A stretch of DNA of 64,000 bases, taken from positions 7,127 through 71,126 of the forward strand of contig CAZFES010000001.1 in NCBI GenBank assembly GCA_964517335.1, read 5' to 3'. The position numbers were made by a program, and so were the translations under genes. Shown piece by piece: positions 48,178-57,969 of the stretch (its first letter is position 1; every line of letters begins with the position of its first letter). Under the pieces are notes generated by a model. The model saw only the letters and a list, made by a program, of their open reading frames with translations. It did not search any database and was not told the DNA's origin. The stretch comes from an uncultured Polyangiaceae bacterium (GTDB lineage: Bacteria > Myxococcota_A > Polyangia > Polyangiales > Polyangiaceae).

Positions 48178-48483
48178 TCAGCCCGCGATGCGCATCGGCT
48201 CGACGAAACGGAGCTCGGCGTGCTTCACCACGATGCGGGCCTGGCTGCCCAGCTTGGTGAGCGAGCCGTAGCCGACGTCGAGGTGCAGCTCGCTGCCGTC
48301 GCGCTTGCGGATCACGATCTCGCCGGGGATCAGCGCGCTGAGCGCGTCCTCCTCGTCGGCGCGGAGCGTGAAGCGCCCCACGACATCCTCGACCTCGACC
48401 TCTCGAGCCCGCGTATCCAGGATCGCGGCCTCCGGCGTGCGGATGACGACACGTAGATCCTTGTGGCTGTCGAAAATCTCCAT
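48178..48483 (-). CDS. Orphan F-ATPase epsilon-subunit-like beta-sandwich protein (101 aa, no C-terminal helical hairpin)
   Basis: GGAGG lies about 10 nt upstream of ATG 48483. LRVVIRTPEAAILDTRAREVEVEDVVGRFTLRADEEDALSALIPGEIVIRKRDGSELHLDVGYGSLTKLGSQARIVVKHAE follows the epsilon N-terminal-domain pattern (IVTPE...V.....G.F..L..H.P....L..G.......V.GG...V....V.V.A..AE). No other atp genes are nearby. Confidence 0.5.
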   Translation of the reverse strand: MEIFDSHKDLRVVIRTPEAAILDTRAREVEVEDVVGRFTLRADEEDALSALIPGEIVIRKRDGSELHLDVGYGSLTKLGSQARIVVKHAELRFVEPMRIAG

Positions 48484-48780
48484 GATGTTTCCTGCCTCCG
48501 CGCCGGTGGTGGTTTCGAGGGCTGTGGCCCGGTACCCGAGGTAACAAGAAGCGGGCCAGTCCGGACCGTGCCTCGACGTGTGGCGGCGGTGCCTGCTCGG
48601 ATCAGACGTGCGAGAGGGGCGATTCGTTCCAGCGATCCGCGATTTTTCGCTTTTCCCAGCCGGCGCCGCGGCGGAGCGCGCCGCAAGGGCTGCAGGCGCG
48701 GCGCACCCTGTGCGCACGATCCCCACCGCGCCGGCGTGAACGCGTTGACACGGCGTGTAGACGGACCGACACACTCGGGC

Positions 48781-50451
48781 ATGCACAGAGACGCGGACAT
48801 TGTCGAGGCCGTCGCGCCGCGCCCGATCGCCGACGTCGCCGCCGATCTCGGCGTGAGCGCCGACGAGATCCACCCGTACGGCCGCGACAAGGCGAAGATC
48901 GATCTGTCGGTGCTGACGCGGCCGCGCCAGCGCAGCGCGCCCAGCAAGCTCGTGCTGGTATCGGCCATCACGCCCACCCGCGCCGGCGAGGGCAAGACCA
49001 CCACCACCATCGGGCTCGGACAAGCCTTCGCCAAGCTCGGCGAATCGGTGTGCATCGCGCTGCGCGAGCCATCGCTCGGCCCGTGCATGGGCATGAAGGG
49101 CGGCGCGACCGGCGGCGGCCGCAGCCAGATCATCCCCACGGAGAGCATCAACCTGCACTTCACGGGAGATCTCCACGCCGTCACCACCGCGCACAACCTG
49201 CTCGCCGCCGCGCTCGACAACCGCATCCACTTCGACGACGCCTTGCGCATCGATCCGCGGCGGGTGATGTGGCGGCGCGTGATCGACATGAACGATCGCA
49301 CGCTGCGCGACGTCGTCATCGGCCTCGGCGGCGTCAACCAGGGCGTGCCGCGGGAGACGGGGTTCGACATCACGGCTGCGAGCGAGGTGATGGCGATCTT
49401 GTGCCTCGCCTCCGGCCTCGACGACCTGCGCGAGCGCCTCGATCGCACGCTGGTCGCGTTCAACTTCGACAAGCAGCCGGTCACGGCGCGAGACATCGGC
49501 GTCACCGGCGCCATGGTCGCGCTGTTGAAGGACGCGCTGATGCCCAACCTGGTGCAGACGCTGGAGGGCACCCCCGCCATCGTCCACGGCGGCCCGTTCG
49601 CCAACATCGCGCATGGCTGCAACAGCGTCATCGCCACCCGCATGGCGCTCCACCTGTCGGACTGGGCGATCACCGAAGCCGGCTTCGGCTTCGACCTCGG
49701 CGCCGAGAAGTTCTTCGACATCAAGTGCGTCAGCGCCGGCCTCGATCCGCGCGCGGTGGTGTTGGTCGCCACCGTGCGCGCGCTCAAGCTCCACGGCGGC
49801 GCCAAGTACGCCGATCTCGCCAAGCCGGATCCGGACGCCGTCGACCGCGGCATGGCCAACCTCGGCAAGCACGTCGAGAACATCCGCCACTTCATCGACA
49901 CCCCGATCGTCTGCATCAACCGCTTCGCCAGCGACAGCGACGAAGAGATCGCGCGCATCCAGGCCTACTGCGACTCGCGGCACGTCCCGGCGGCCGTCAG
50001 CGATCACTTCGCCCGCGGCGGCGACGGCGCCATCGACGTGGCCAAGCTGGTGATCGCGCACGGCAGCGGCAACCACCCGCGCTTCCGCCCGCTCTACGAC
50101 TGGAAGGCGGGCGTGGTCGACAAGATCGAGACCATCGCCAAGAAGATCTACGGCGCCGCCGATGTCGTCTTCACGGCGCAGGCCAAGCGCGCCCTGCGCG
50201 AGGTGCAGCGGCTCGGCTTCAGCGAGCTGCCGGTGTGCATCGCCAAGACCCAGAGCTCGCTGTCGGACGACCCGTCGAAGATCGGCCGCCCGCTCGACTT
50301 CGAGCTCACGGTGCGCGATCTCCACATCAACGCCGGGGCGGGCTTCATCGTCGCGCTGACCGGCGACATCATGCGCATGCCGGGATTGCCGCAGCGACCG
50401 AACGCCGAGCAGATCGACGTGCGCGACGGCAAGATCATCGGCCTGCGCTGA
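48781..50451 (+). CDS. fhs: Formate--tetrahydrofolate ligase
   Basis: Start is MHRDADIVEA (ATG 48781) within the longer track ORF. Motifs: ITPTRAGEGKTTTTIGL, EPSLGPCMGMKGGATGGG, HGGPFANIAHGCNS, CIAKTQSSLSDDP. Confidence 0.9.
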   Translation: MHRDADIVEAVAPRPIADVAADLGVSADEIHPYGRDKAKIDLSVLTRPRQRSAPSKLVLVSAITPTRAGEGKTTTTIGLGQAFAKLGESVCIALREPSLGPCMGMKGGATGGGRSQIIPTESINLHFTGDLHAVTTAHNLLAAALDNRIHFDDALRIDPRRVMWRRVIDMNDRTLRDVVIGLGGVNQGVPRETGFDITAASEVMAILCLASGLDDLRERLDRTLVAFNFDKQPVTARDIGVTGAMVALLKDALMPNLVQTLEGTPAIVHGGPFANIAHGCNSVIATRMALHLSDWAITEAGFGFDLGAEKFFDIKCVSAGLDPRAVVLVATVRALKLHGGAKYADLAKPDPDAVDRGMANLGKHVENIRHFIDTPIVCINRFASDSDEEIARIQAYCDSRHVPAAVSDHFARGGDGAIDVAKLVIAHGSGNHPRFRPLYDWKAGVVDKIETIAKKIYGAADVVFTAQAKRALREVQRLGFSELPVCIAKTQSSLSDDPSKIGRPLDFELTVRDLHINAGAGFIVALTGDIMRMPGLPQRPNAEQIDVRDGKIIGLR

Positions 50452-50467
50452 GCCGCGGTCTCAGCGC
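50445..50467. terminator. Hairpin GCGCTGAG-ccgcggt-CTCAGCGC shared by convergent fhs and FKBP genes
   Basis: 8-bp perfect stem with a 7-nt loop. Each arm contains one of the two stop codons (TGA 50449..50451 on the + strand, TGA 50463..50461 on the - strand). There is no U-tract, so its function as a terminator is uncertain. Confidence 0.3.
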
Positions 50468-51402
50468 ACGATCTTGATCAGCTCGACGTCGAACACCAGG
50501 TCGCCGGAGGGGGCGCCCGGCCGCGTGGGCTTGTCGCCGTAGGCCAGGTCGGCCGGGATCCAGAAGCGGAACTTGTCGCCCTCGACCATCAGCTGCACGC
50601 CTTCGGTCCAGCCCTTGATGACGCCGTTGAGCGGAAACGTCGCCGGCCGCCCGCGCGTGACCGAGCTGTCGAACATGTTCCCGTCCTTGGTCCAGCCCGA
50701 ATAGTGGACGCGCACGCGGCTCTCGGCGGTCGGCTTGGTGGTGCCCGTGCCCTTGGTCAACACCCGGTACACCAGACCACTCGCGGTCTTCTTCGCATCG
50801 GCCGGCGGCTTGTTCAGATCTTCGGGCGTGTCCGGCGGCTTCGGCCCCTCGATGATCTCGAGTAGCTCGACGTCGAAGGTGAGATCGCCCGCCGGCGCGC
50901 CCATGCGCGGCGACTGGCCGTACGCCAGAGCCGCCGGAATCCACAGCCGGCGCTTCTCGCCGACCTTCATCAGCTGGAGTCCTTCGGTCCAGCCCTTGAT
51001 GACGCCGTTGACGGCGAACTCGGCGGGTTGACCGCGCGTGACCGAGCTGTCGAACATCTTGCCGTCGGTCGTCCAGCCCGTGTAGTGCACCTTCACCTTG
51101 TCGCTGGTGGTGGGGCTCTTGTCGCCCGATCCCGCGGTGAGCACCTTGCTCTGCAAGCCGCTCGGCGTCTTTTCGGCATCCGCGGGCGCCTTGGCGACGT
51201 CCTCGGGCGGCGGGATCTCCTTCTGCGAGGCGGTGGTGGGCCCGGGCCGCGCGGTGGCGGGCTGGGTGGGCGGCGAGGCGGCGCCGGCCGTGGTGGTCGT
51301 GACCGTCGTATCCGGCTTGGGCGTGTCCGGCGCGTCACAGGCCCAGACACTCAGCGCCAACGCGCCCCAGAGCGCCACGGTTCGCTTCATCATGCGGCGC
51401 AT
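50461..51402 (-). CDS. Lipoprotein with two tandem FKBP-type peptidyl-prolyl isomerase domains
   Basis: Signal/lipobox region ALALSVWAC. Two copies of V.VHY[ST]GWT.DG.MFDSSVTRG.PA.F..NGVIKGWTEG.QLM.....W.IPA.LAYG....GAP.GDL.FDVEL. The start is 10 nt after the recQ stop. Confidence 0.85.
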   Translation of the reverse strand: MRRMMKRTVALWGALALSVWACDAPDTPKPDTTVTTTTAGAASPPTQPATARPGPTTASQKEIPPPEDVAKAPADAEKTPSGLQSKVLTAGSGDKSPTTSDKVKVHYTGWTTDGKMFDSSVTRGQPAEFAVNGVIKGWTEGLQLMKVGEKRRLWIPAALAYGQSPRMGAPAGDLTFDVELLEIIEGPKPPDTPEDLNKPPADAKKTASGLVYRVLTKGTGTTKPTAESRVRVHYSGWTKDGNMFDSSVTRGRPATFPLNGVIKGWTEGVQLMVEGDKFRFWIPADLAYGDKPTRPGAPSGDLVFDVELIKIVR

Positions 51403-51412
51403 CTTGGTTCAA

Positions 51413-53278
<1,866 letters not shown>

Positions 53279-53404
53279 GGCGGGGGCGGAGTCTAGTCGC
53301 TTGGGCTGCCGGCGCGCATCGAGTTGCTTCCAGATCGTGGCTTGCACACTCTTTGTATCGTCACGAGCCGGGCGTCACTGGTCACCACACGGAGAAATAG
53401 ATCG

Positions 53405-53448
53405 AAAAAAAGTGTTCGGCCGCGCGCCCCGCCTGCGACGAACGACAC
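53405..53448 (-). terminator. Possible intrinsic terminator after yciB (imperfect GC-rich hairpin followed by U7)
   Basis: The minus-strand RNA reads ...GUGUCGUUCG-(loop)-CGAACAC-UUUUUUU. The T7/A7 run (53405..53411) is exceptional in this GC-rich DNA and lies about 60 nt after the yciB stop. The stem is bulged and weak. Confidence 0.3.
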
Positions 53449-53470
53449 CGAGGATCGGCGCACCCACCCC

Positions 53471-54046
53471 TCACGGGGGCTTCACGGCGTGGCGCTTGAG
53501 CATGGCGCTCTGCGACAGCAGAAACAGCAGCGTGAGCACCGGGATCCCCAGGAACTTGAACCACACCCACAGGTGCTCGGCGTCGGGCGTGACGCCGCGC
53601 CACACCAGCTCGTTGATGCCGGCCAGCGCCAACGAAAACAGCCCGAAGCGCAACGACAGCGTGCGCCAGCCCGGATCGTCGAGCTCGAGCGCCGTGCCGA
53701 GCAGCGGCTTCATCCACGCGCGGCCGGCCGCCACGCCGCCGAGCAGCACCGCGCCCGTCAGCCCGGCCACGATGGTCGGCTTGACGTAGATGAAGCGCGG
53801 ATCGCGCAGCCACATCGTCATGCCGCCGAACACCAGCACGATGGCGGCGGTAATCACCGGCATCGCGCGCAGGCGGCGCTCGCGGCGGTAGCCGACGGCC
53901 AGCGCGATAGGCGCCGCGATCATGAACGCGCCCGTCGCCCAGTAGATGTCGCCGAGCTTGTAAGCGGCGAAGAACAACAGCAGCGGCCCGAAGTCGAGCC
54001 ACATCGGGTTGCCCGCATTTTCATCCGGCTGTCGGGGCTCGGCCAT
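53471..54046 (-). CDS. yciB: Intracellular septation protein A (YciB/IspZ family inner-membrane protein)
   Basis: MWLDFGPLLLFFAAYKLG...VLVFGGMTMWLRDPRFIYVKPTIV...WVWFKFLGIPVLTLLF follows the YciB pattern. Start is 54046 (MAEPRQ) or an internal Met. Confidence 0.75.
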   Translation of the reverse strand: MAEPRQPDENAGNPMWLDFGPLLLFFAAYKLGDIYWATGAFMIAAPIALAVGYRRERRLRAMPVITAAIVLVFGGMTMWLRDPRFIYVKPTIVAGLTGAVLLGGVAAGRAWMKPLLGTALELDDPGWRTLSLRFGLFSLALAGINELVWRGVTPDAEHLWVWFKFLGIPVLTLLFLLSQSAMLKRHAVKPP

Positions 54047-54140
54047 GTGACAGCGCGTAGCACAACCCGCCACCCTCGGGCGTCGACTTTGCTGCCTTTT
54101 GTGAAGCGCGCGCTGCGTCTTGTGCCTGCCTGATTGGGTA

Positions 54141-57020
54141 ATGCCGGCCCGAGACGGCCGCTGCTATGCTGGCTCCGGAGCGGAACAGGACGTGCTGGCC
54201 AAGGTACTGGGGATCCGTCCCGAAGAGCGTCGCGACACCTATGTGGCGTTCGGCACGCTGGTCGCGATCCTGTGCGCGCACTCCATGCTCGAGACGGCGC
54301 GCGACGCACTGTTTCTCGCCAAGCTGCCGCCCGAGCAGCTGCCGCTGGCCTACATCGCCATCGCGCTGTGCGCGCTCGTCGCGAGCAAAGCCAACCAGGC
54401 TGCGACGGCGCGCTTTTCGCGCCGCAAGCTGTTGAGCATCTCGCTGGCGCTCGGCGGCGTGGTGACGCTGATCTTCTACCAGCTCACGGAGGGACGCGGC
54501 GCCATCACGCTCGGCGCGCTGTACGTGTGGACCGGGCTGCTCGCCACCGTGGTGGTCGTGCAGTTCTGGCTGCAGCTCGGCGACGTGCTGAGCGTCACCC
54601 AGGCCAAGCGCGTCTTCTCGATCATCGGCGCCGGCGGGCTGGTGGGCGCCACACTGGGGTCGGGCGCGGCGAGCGCGCTGCTGTCGTACGTGGACGCGCG
54701 CGTGCTGCTGTTGATCAGCGGCTCGATGTTCGTTGTCGCGGCGGTGATGCCCCTCGGCTTCAGCCGTGCCAACACCGAGGAGGCGCCGCGGCGGCGCGCA
54801 CGGGTCGTGCCCCCGACCCAACAGACGGCGCTCAAGGAGATCGCCGGCGACGCCTATCTCAAGCGCCTGTTCTTGATGGTGCTGGTGGGCGCGTTGATGG
54901 TGACCGGCGTCGACTACGTGTTCAAGGCGCGCGTGGTGGCGGCGGCCGATCTCTATGGCTGGGACCTGGGCATCTTCTTCGGCCGATTCTACGCCGTCAT
55001 CAACGCCATCTCGCTGGTGGTGCAGCTCGTGCTCGCGCCCCGCCTCATGCGGCTGGTCGGCGTGAACCGCGCGCTGCTGTTGATGCCCGGGCTCCTGTTG
55101 CTCGGCTCCCTCGGCTTTGCGCTGACCATCGCGCTGGCGCCGGTGCTGATCCTCAAAGGCACCGACGGCGTGCTGCGCCACTCGGTCCATCGCACCGCCA
55201 GCGAGATCTTGTTCCTGCCCCTGCAGCGCCGCGTGCGCGAGCGCTTCAAGGGCTTCGCCGAGGCCGTCGGGCAGCGCGGCGGCCAGGCGCTGGCCTCGCT
55301 CATCATCCTGGGTGTGACCGCCCTCACCTCCGACGCCCGGCTCATTTCGGCGGGGCTCGTGCTGCTCGCCGGCGCGTGGGTCGTCACCATGATCGGCCTG
55401 CAGCCGCATTACCTGGAGCTGTTTCGCAAGCAGCTTCGCGCCGGCGCGCTCGACACCGAGGTCGACGTACCCGACCTCGATCTCGCTTCGTTCGAGACGT
55501 TGGTGAGCGCGTTGAGCAGCGAGGACGACGACGAGGTGCTCGCGGCGCTCGACATGTTCGAGCAGTACGGCAAGACGGGCCTGGTCCCGGCGCTCATCCT
55601 GTACCACCCGTCGCGCGCCGTGGTGATGCGCGCCTTCGACATCTTCGCGCAGCACGGTCGCAGCGACGTGACGCGGCTCGCCGCACGCCTGTTGAAGCAC
55701 GACGACGTCGAGATTCGCGCTGCGGCGCTGCGCACGCTGGCCGCCATCGCGCCGGACGAGGCGCTGTTGCGCAAGCACCTCGAGGACGCCAGCCCGCCGG
55801 TACGGCTGACTGCCCTGGTGGCGCTGGTCGGCGGCGGCTTCGTCGACGACGGCGAGGCGACCACGACCATCCGCGAGATGATCGGCGGCCACTGCCAGCA
55901 CACCCGGCTGGCGCTGGCGCGCGCCCTGCGCCACTTGCCCGCGGCGCGCTTCGACTGGGTCGCCGAAGAGCTGGCCAGGAGCGCCGGTCCCCACATCGCC
56001 GCCGAGATCGCGCGATCGGTCTCCGAAGCGCCCGACGAGCACCACGTGCCGATGTTGATCGGCATGCTGCAGCTGCGGGACGCGCGCCAGCACGCCCGCC
56101 GCGCGCTCCGTTTGATCGGCGAGCCGGCGCTCGAACAGCTCGCGGCGTCGCTCGCCGATCAGCAGCTGCCGCGCATGCTGAGGCGCCACTTGCCGCGCAC
56201 CATCAGCCGCTTCGAGAACCAGCGCGCCGCCGACATCCTGGTGGACGCGTTGGCCGACGAGCACGACGACCGCGTGGTGTTCAAGATCTTGCGCGGGCTC
56301 GGCCGCATGCGCGTGACCCATCCGAATATCAGCGTGGATCGGGACCGCATGCTGGCCATGACCGAGCACACGATGAAGGGTGCCATCACGCAGCTGCACT
56401 GGCGGCTCGCGGTGGGCCGCGTCATCGACATGAAGCAAGAGGTCATGACGCCGGCGGCCGAGATCCTGCTCGCCTACCTCGACGAGAAGTGGGCGCTGTC
56501 GCTGCAGCGCGTGTTCCGCTTGCTGCACATCATGGAGCCCACGCAGGAGTTCCGCATCATCTACGAAGGCCTCAAGAGCGAAGACGCCAAGAGCCGCGAC
56601 TCGAGCCGCGAGCTGCTCTCGCACGTGGTGCCGGATGCGTTGCGCGAAGGGATCTTGGCACTGGTGGACGACGCGCCGCCGGAACGACGGCTGGAGGCGG
56701 CCCGCGTCATCTACGATCCGCCCGGCCGACAGCTGCTCGGCCACGCGCTCGCCCGGCTCGCCAACGAAGGCGAGACGCACGAGAACCTGCGCGAGCTCGG
56801 TCTCATCTACGCGGACCATCTGCGCGACATGCTCGCCGACCGTTCCGAAGCGCTGCGATCCATCGTGGCCCACCACGTCCGCGAGCTGGGGATGGACGAG
56901 CTGATCGCCGAGGTGCGCGAGGCGGCCGGCCACTCCAGCGACGTGCTCGGCGAGGTCGCCGACCGAGCCTTGGGACTGTTCAGCATTCACCCCAACCCGG
57001 AGCTCAGCGGTGCAAGTTGA
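54141..57020 (+). CDS. TLC (ATP/ADP-translocase, Npt1/Npt2)-like polytopic transporter domain fused to a long C-terminal HEAT-repeat domain
   Basis: The N-terminal approx 430 aa have 11-12 helices and a TLC-like start (IRPEERRDTYVAFGTLVAILCAHSMLETARDALFLAKL). The C-terminal approx 520 aa are helical repeats (HDDVEIRAAALRTLAAIAP, DASPPVRLTALVALVGGG, etc.). Alternative GTG start at 54192. Confidence 0.7.
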   Translation: MPARDGRCYAGSGAEQDVLAKVLGIRPEERRDTYVAFGTLVAILCAHSMLETARDALFLAKLPPEQLPLAYIAIALCALVASKANQAATARFSRRKLLSISLALGGVVTLIFYQLTEGRGAITLGALYVWTGLLATVVVVQFWLQLGDVLSVTQAKRVFSIIGAGGLVGATLGSGAASALLSYVDARVLLLISGSMFVVAAVMPLGFSRANTEEAPRRRARVVPPTQQTALKEIAGDAYLKRLFLMVLVGALMVTGVDYVFKARVVAAADLYGWDLGIFFGRFYAVINAISLVVQLVLAPRLMRLVGVNRALLLMPGLLLLGSLGFALTIALAPVLILKGTDGVLRHSVHRTASEILFLPLQRRVRERFKGFAEAVGQRGGQALASLIILGVTALTSDARLISAGLVLLAGAWVVTMIGLQPHYLELFRKQLRAGALDTEVDVPDLDLASFETLVSALSSEDDDEVLAALDMFEQYGKTGLVPALILYHPSRAVVMRAFDIFAQHGRSDVTRLAARLLKHDDVEIRAAALRTLAAIAPDEALLRKHLEDASPPVRLTALVALVGGGFVDDGEATTTIREMIGGHCQHTRLALARALRHLPAARFDWVAEELARSAGPHIAAEIARSVSEAPDEHHVPMLIGMLQLRDARQHARRALRLIGEPALEQLAASLADQQLPRMLRRHLPRTISRFENQRAADILVDALADEHDDRVVFKILRGLGRMRVTHPNISVDRDRMLAMTEHTMKGAITQLHWRLAVGRVIDMKQEVMTPAAEILLAYLDEKWALSLQRVFRLLHIMEPTQEFRIIYEGLKSEDAKSRDSSRELLSHVVPDALREGILALVDDAPPERRLEAARVIYDPPGRQLLGHALARLANEGETHENLRELGLIYADHLRDMLADRSEALRSIVAHHVRELGMDELIAEVREAAGHSSDVLGEVADRALGLFSIHPNPELSGAS

Positions 57021-57969
57021 TCTCAGCGGTTATCGTCAGGACGACGCGCCGACCATCAATCCGGTACAGCGCGCGCTGATCATCAAGACCTTTCCCGGCT
57101 TCGCTGCCCTCGATGCCGCGGGTCTGGCGACGCTGGCCTCGATCACCCGAGAGCGCTCCTTCCGGGCCGGTACCGTGATCCACGAGCCCGGCGTGCCGGT
57201 GGTGGCGTTTCACCTCATCGTCGAGGGCGAGGTGCAGATGTATCGCAACGGCAAGGAGAGCAAGCGCTTCGGGCCGAAGAGCGCCATCGGCGGCCTGGCG
57301 TCGCTGACCCGCGATCCCGAAGGCGCCCACGCCGTCGCCGTGACCGACGTCTTCGCCCTCGAGATCGACTCCGACGACATGCAAGATGTGTTCGAAGATC
57401 ACTACGACGTGCTGCTCGGCGTGCTCAAGGCGATGTCGACCGGGCTGCGCCAGGCGCAGATCGCCGCCGGTGGCGGCGCGGCCATCAGCGGCCGCGCGAC
57501 GCCGCCTGCCGTCACGTCCCCCGGCGAGCTGTCGGTGGTCGAGAAGATGTTCTTCTTGCGCAAGACCTCCAACTTCTCCAAGGCGAGCATCGAAGCCTTG
57601 TCGGATCTCGCCGCCGGCGCCTACGAGAAGCGCTACCGCCCCGGCGACGTCATCTGGCGAGCAGGCGACGATGCGCACACCTCGGTTCAGGTGCTCGCCG
57701 GCACGGTGATCTGCCAGGCGCCCGACATGAAGCCGTTCGAGCTCGGCGTGGGCATGATCGTCGGCGGCCTCGACTCGATGGCTCGCCAGCCGCGCTGGTA
57801 CGACTGCGTCGCCAAAGACGACGTCCGTCTGTTGGTGATCGAGCGAACCCTCATGTTCGATGTGCTCGAGGACCACATCGAGATGGCGATGGCGCTGTTG
57901 CGCGCGCTCGCCACCGGCATGCAGGGCGTCCTCACACGCATGGCCGAACGACAAGATGCGGCCTCATGA
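57010..57969 (+). CDS. Protein with two tandem cyclic-nucleotide-binding (CAP effector)-like domains and no output domain
   Basis: GTG 57010 overlaps the upstream gene by 11 nt. There are two beta-barrel modules: RSFRAGTVIHEPG..VVAFHLIVEGEVQMY...FGPKSAIGGLASL and KRYRPGDVIWRAGD...VQVLAGTVI...LGVGMIVGGLDSM. Neither shows the canonical FGE...R[ST]A phosphate-binding cassette. Confidence 0.7.
   Translation: MQVDLSGYRQDDAPTINPVQRALIIKTFPGFAALDAAGLATLASITRERSFRAGTVIHEPGVPVVAFHLIVEGEVQMYRNGKESKRFGPKSAIGGLASLTRDPEGAHAVAVTDVFALEIDSDDMQDVFEDHYDVLLGVLKAMSTGLRQAQIAAGGGAAISGRATPPAVTSPGELSVVEKMFFLRKTSNFSKASIEALSDLAAGAYEKRYRPGDVIWRAGDDAHTSVQVLAGTVICQAPDMKPFELGVGMIVGGLDSMARQPRWYDCVAKDDVRLLVIERTLMFDVLEDHIEMAMALLRALATGMQGVLTRMAERQDAAS

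Noticed and set aside
48484-48780. Possible ZTP (pfl) or THF riboswitch in the 297-bp leader upstream of fhs
   Set aside because: fhs is a classic ZTP-riboswitch target, but I could not find the conserved CCGCCUGGGC 3' element or the GGGUCGUGAC-UGGCG-type 5' core on the + strand. A covariance-model scan (Infernal with the Rfam pfl and THF models) would be decisive. A TTGACA at 48745 lacks a convincing -10 element.
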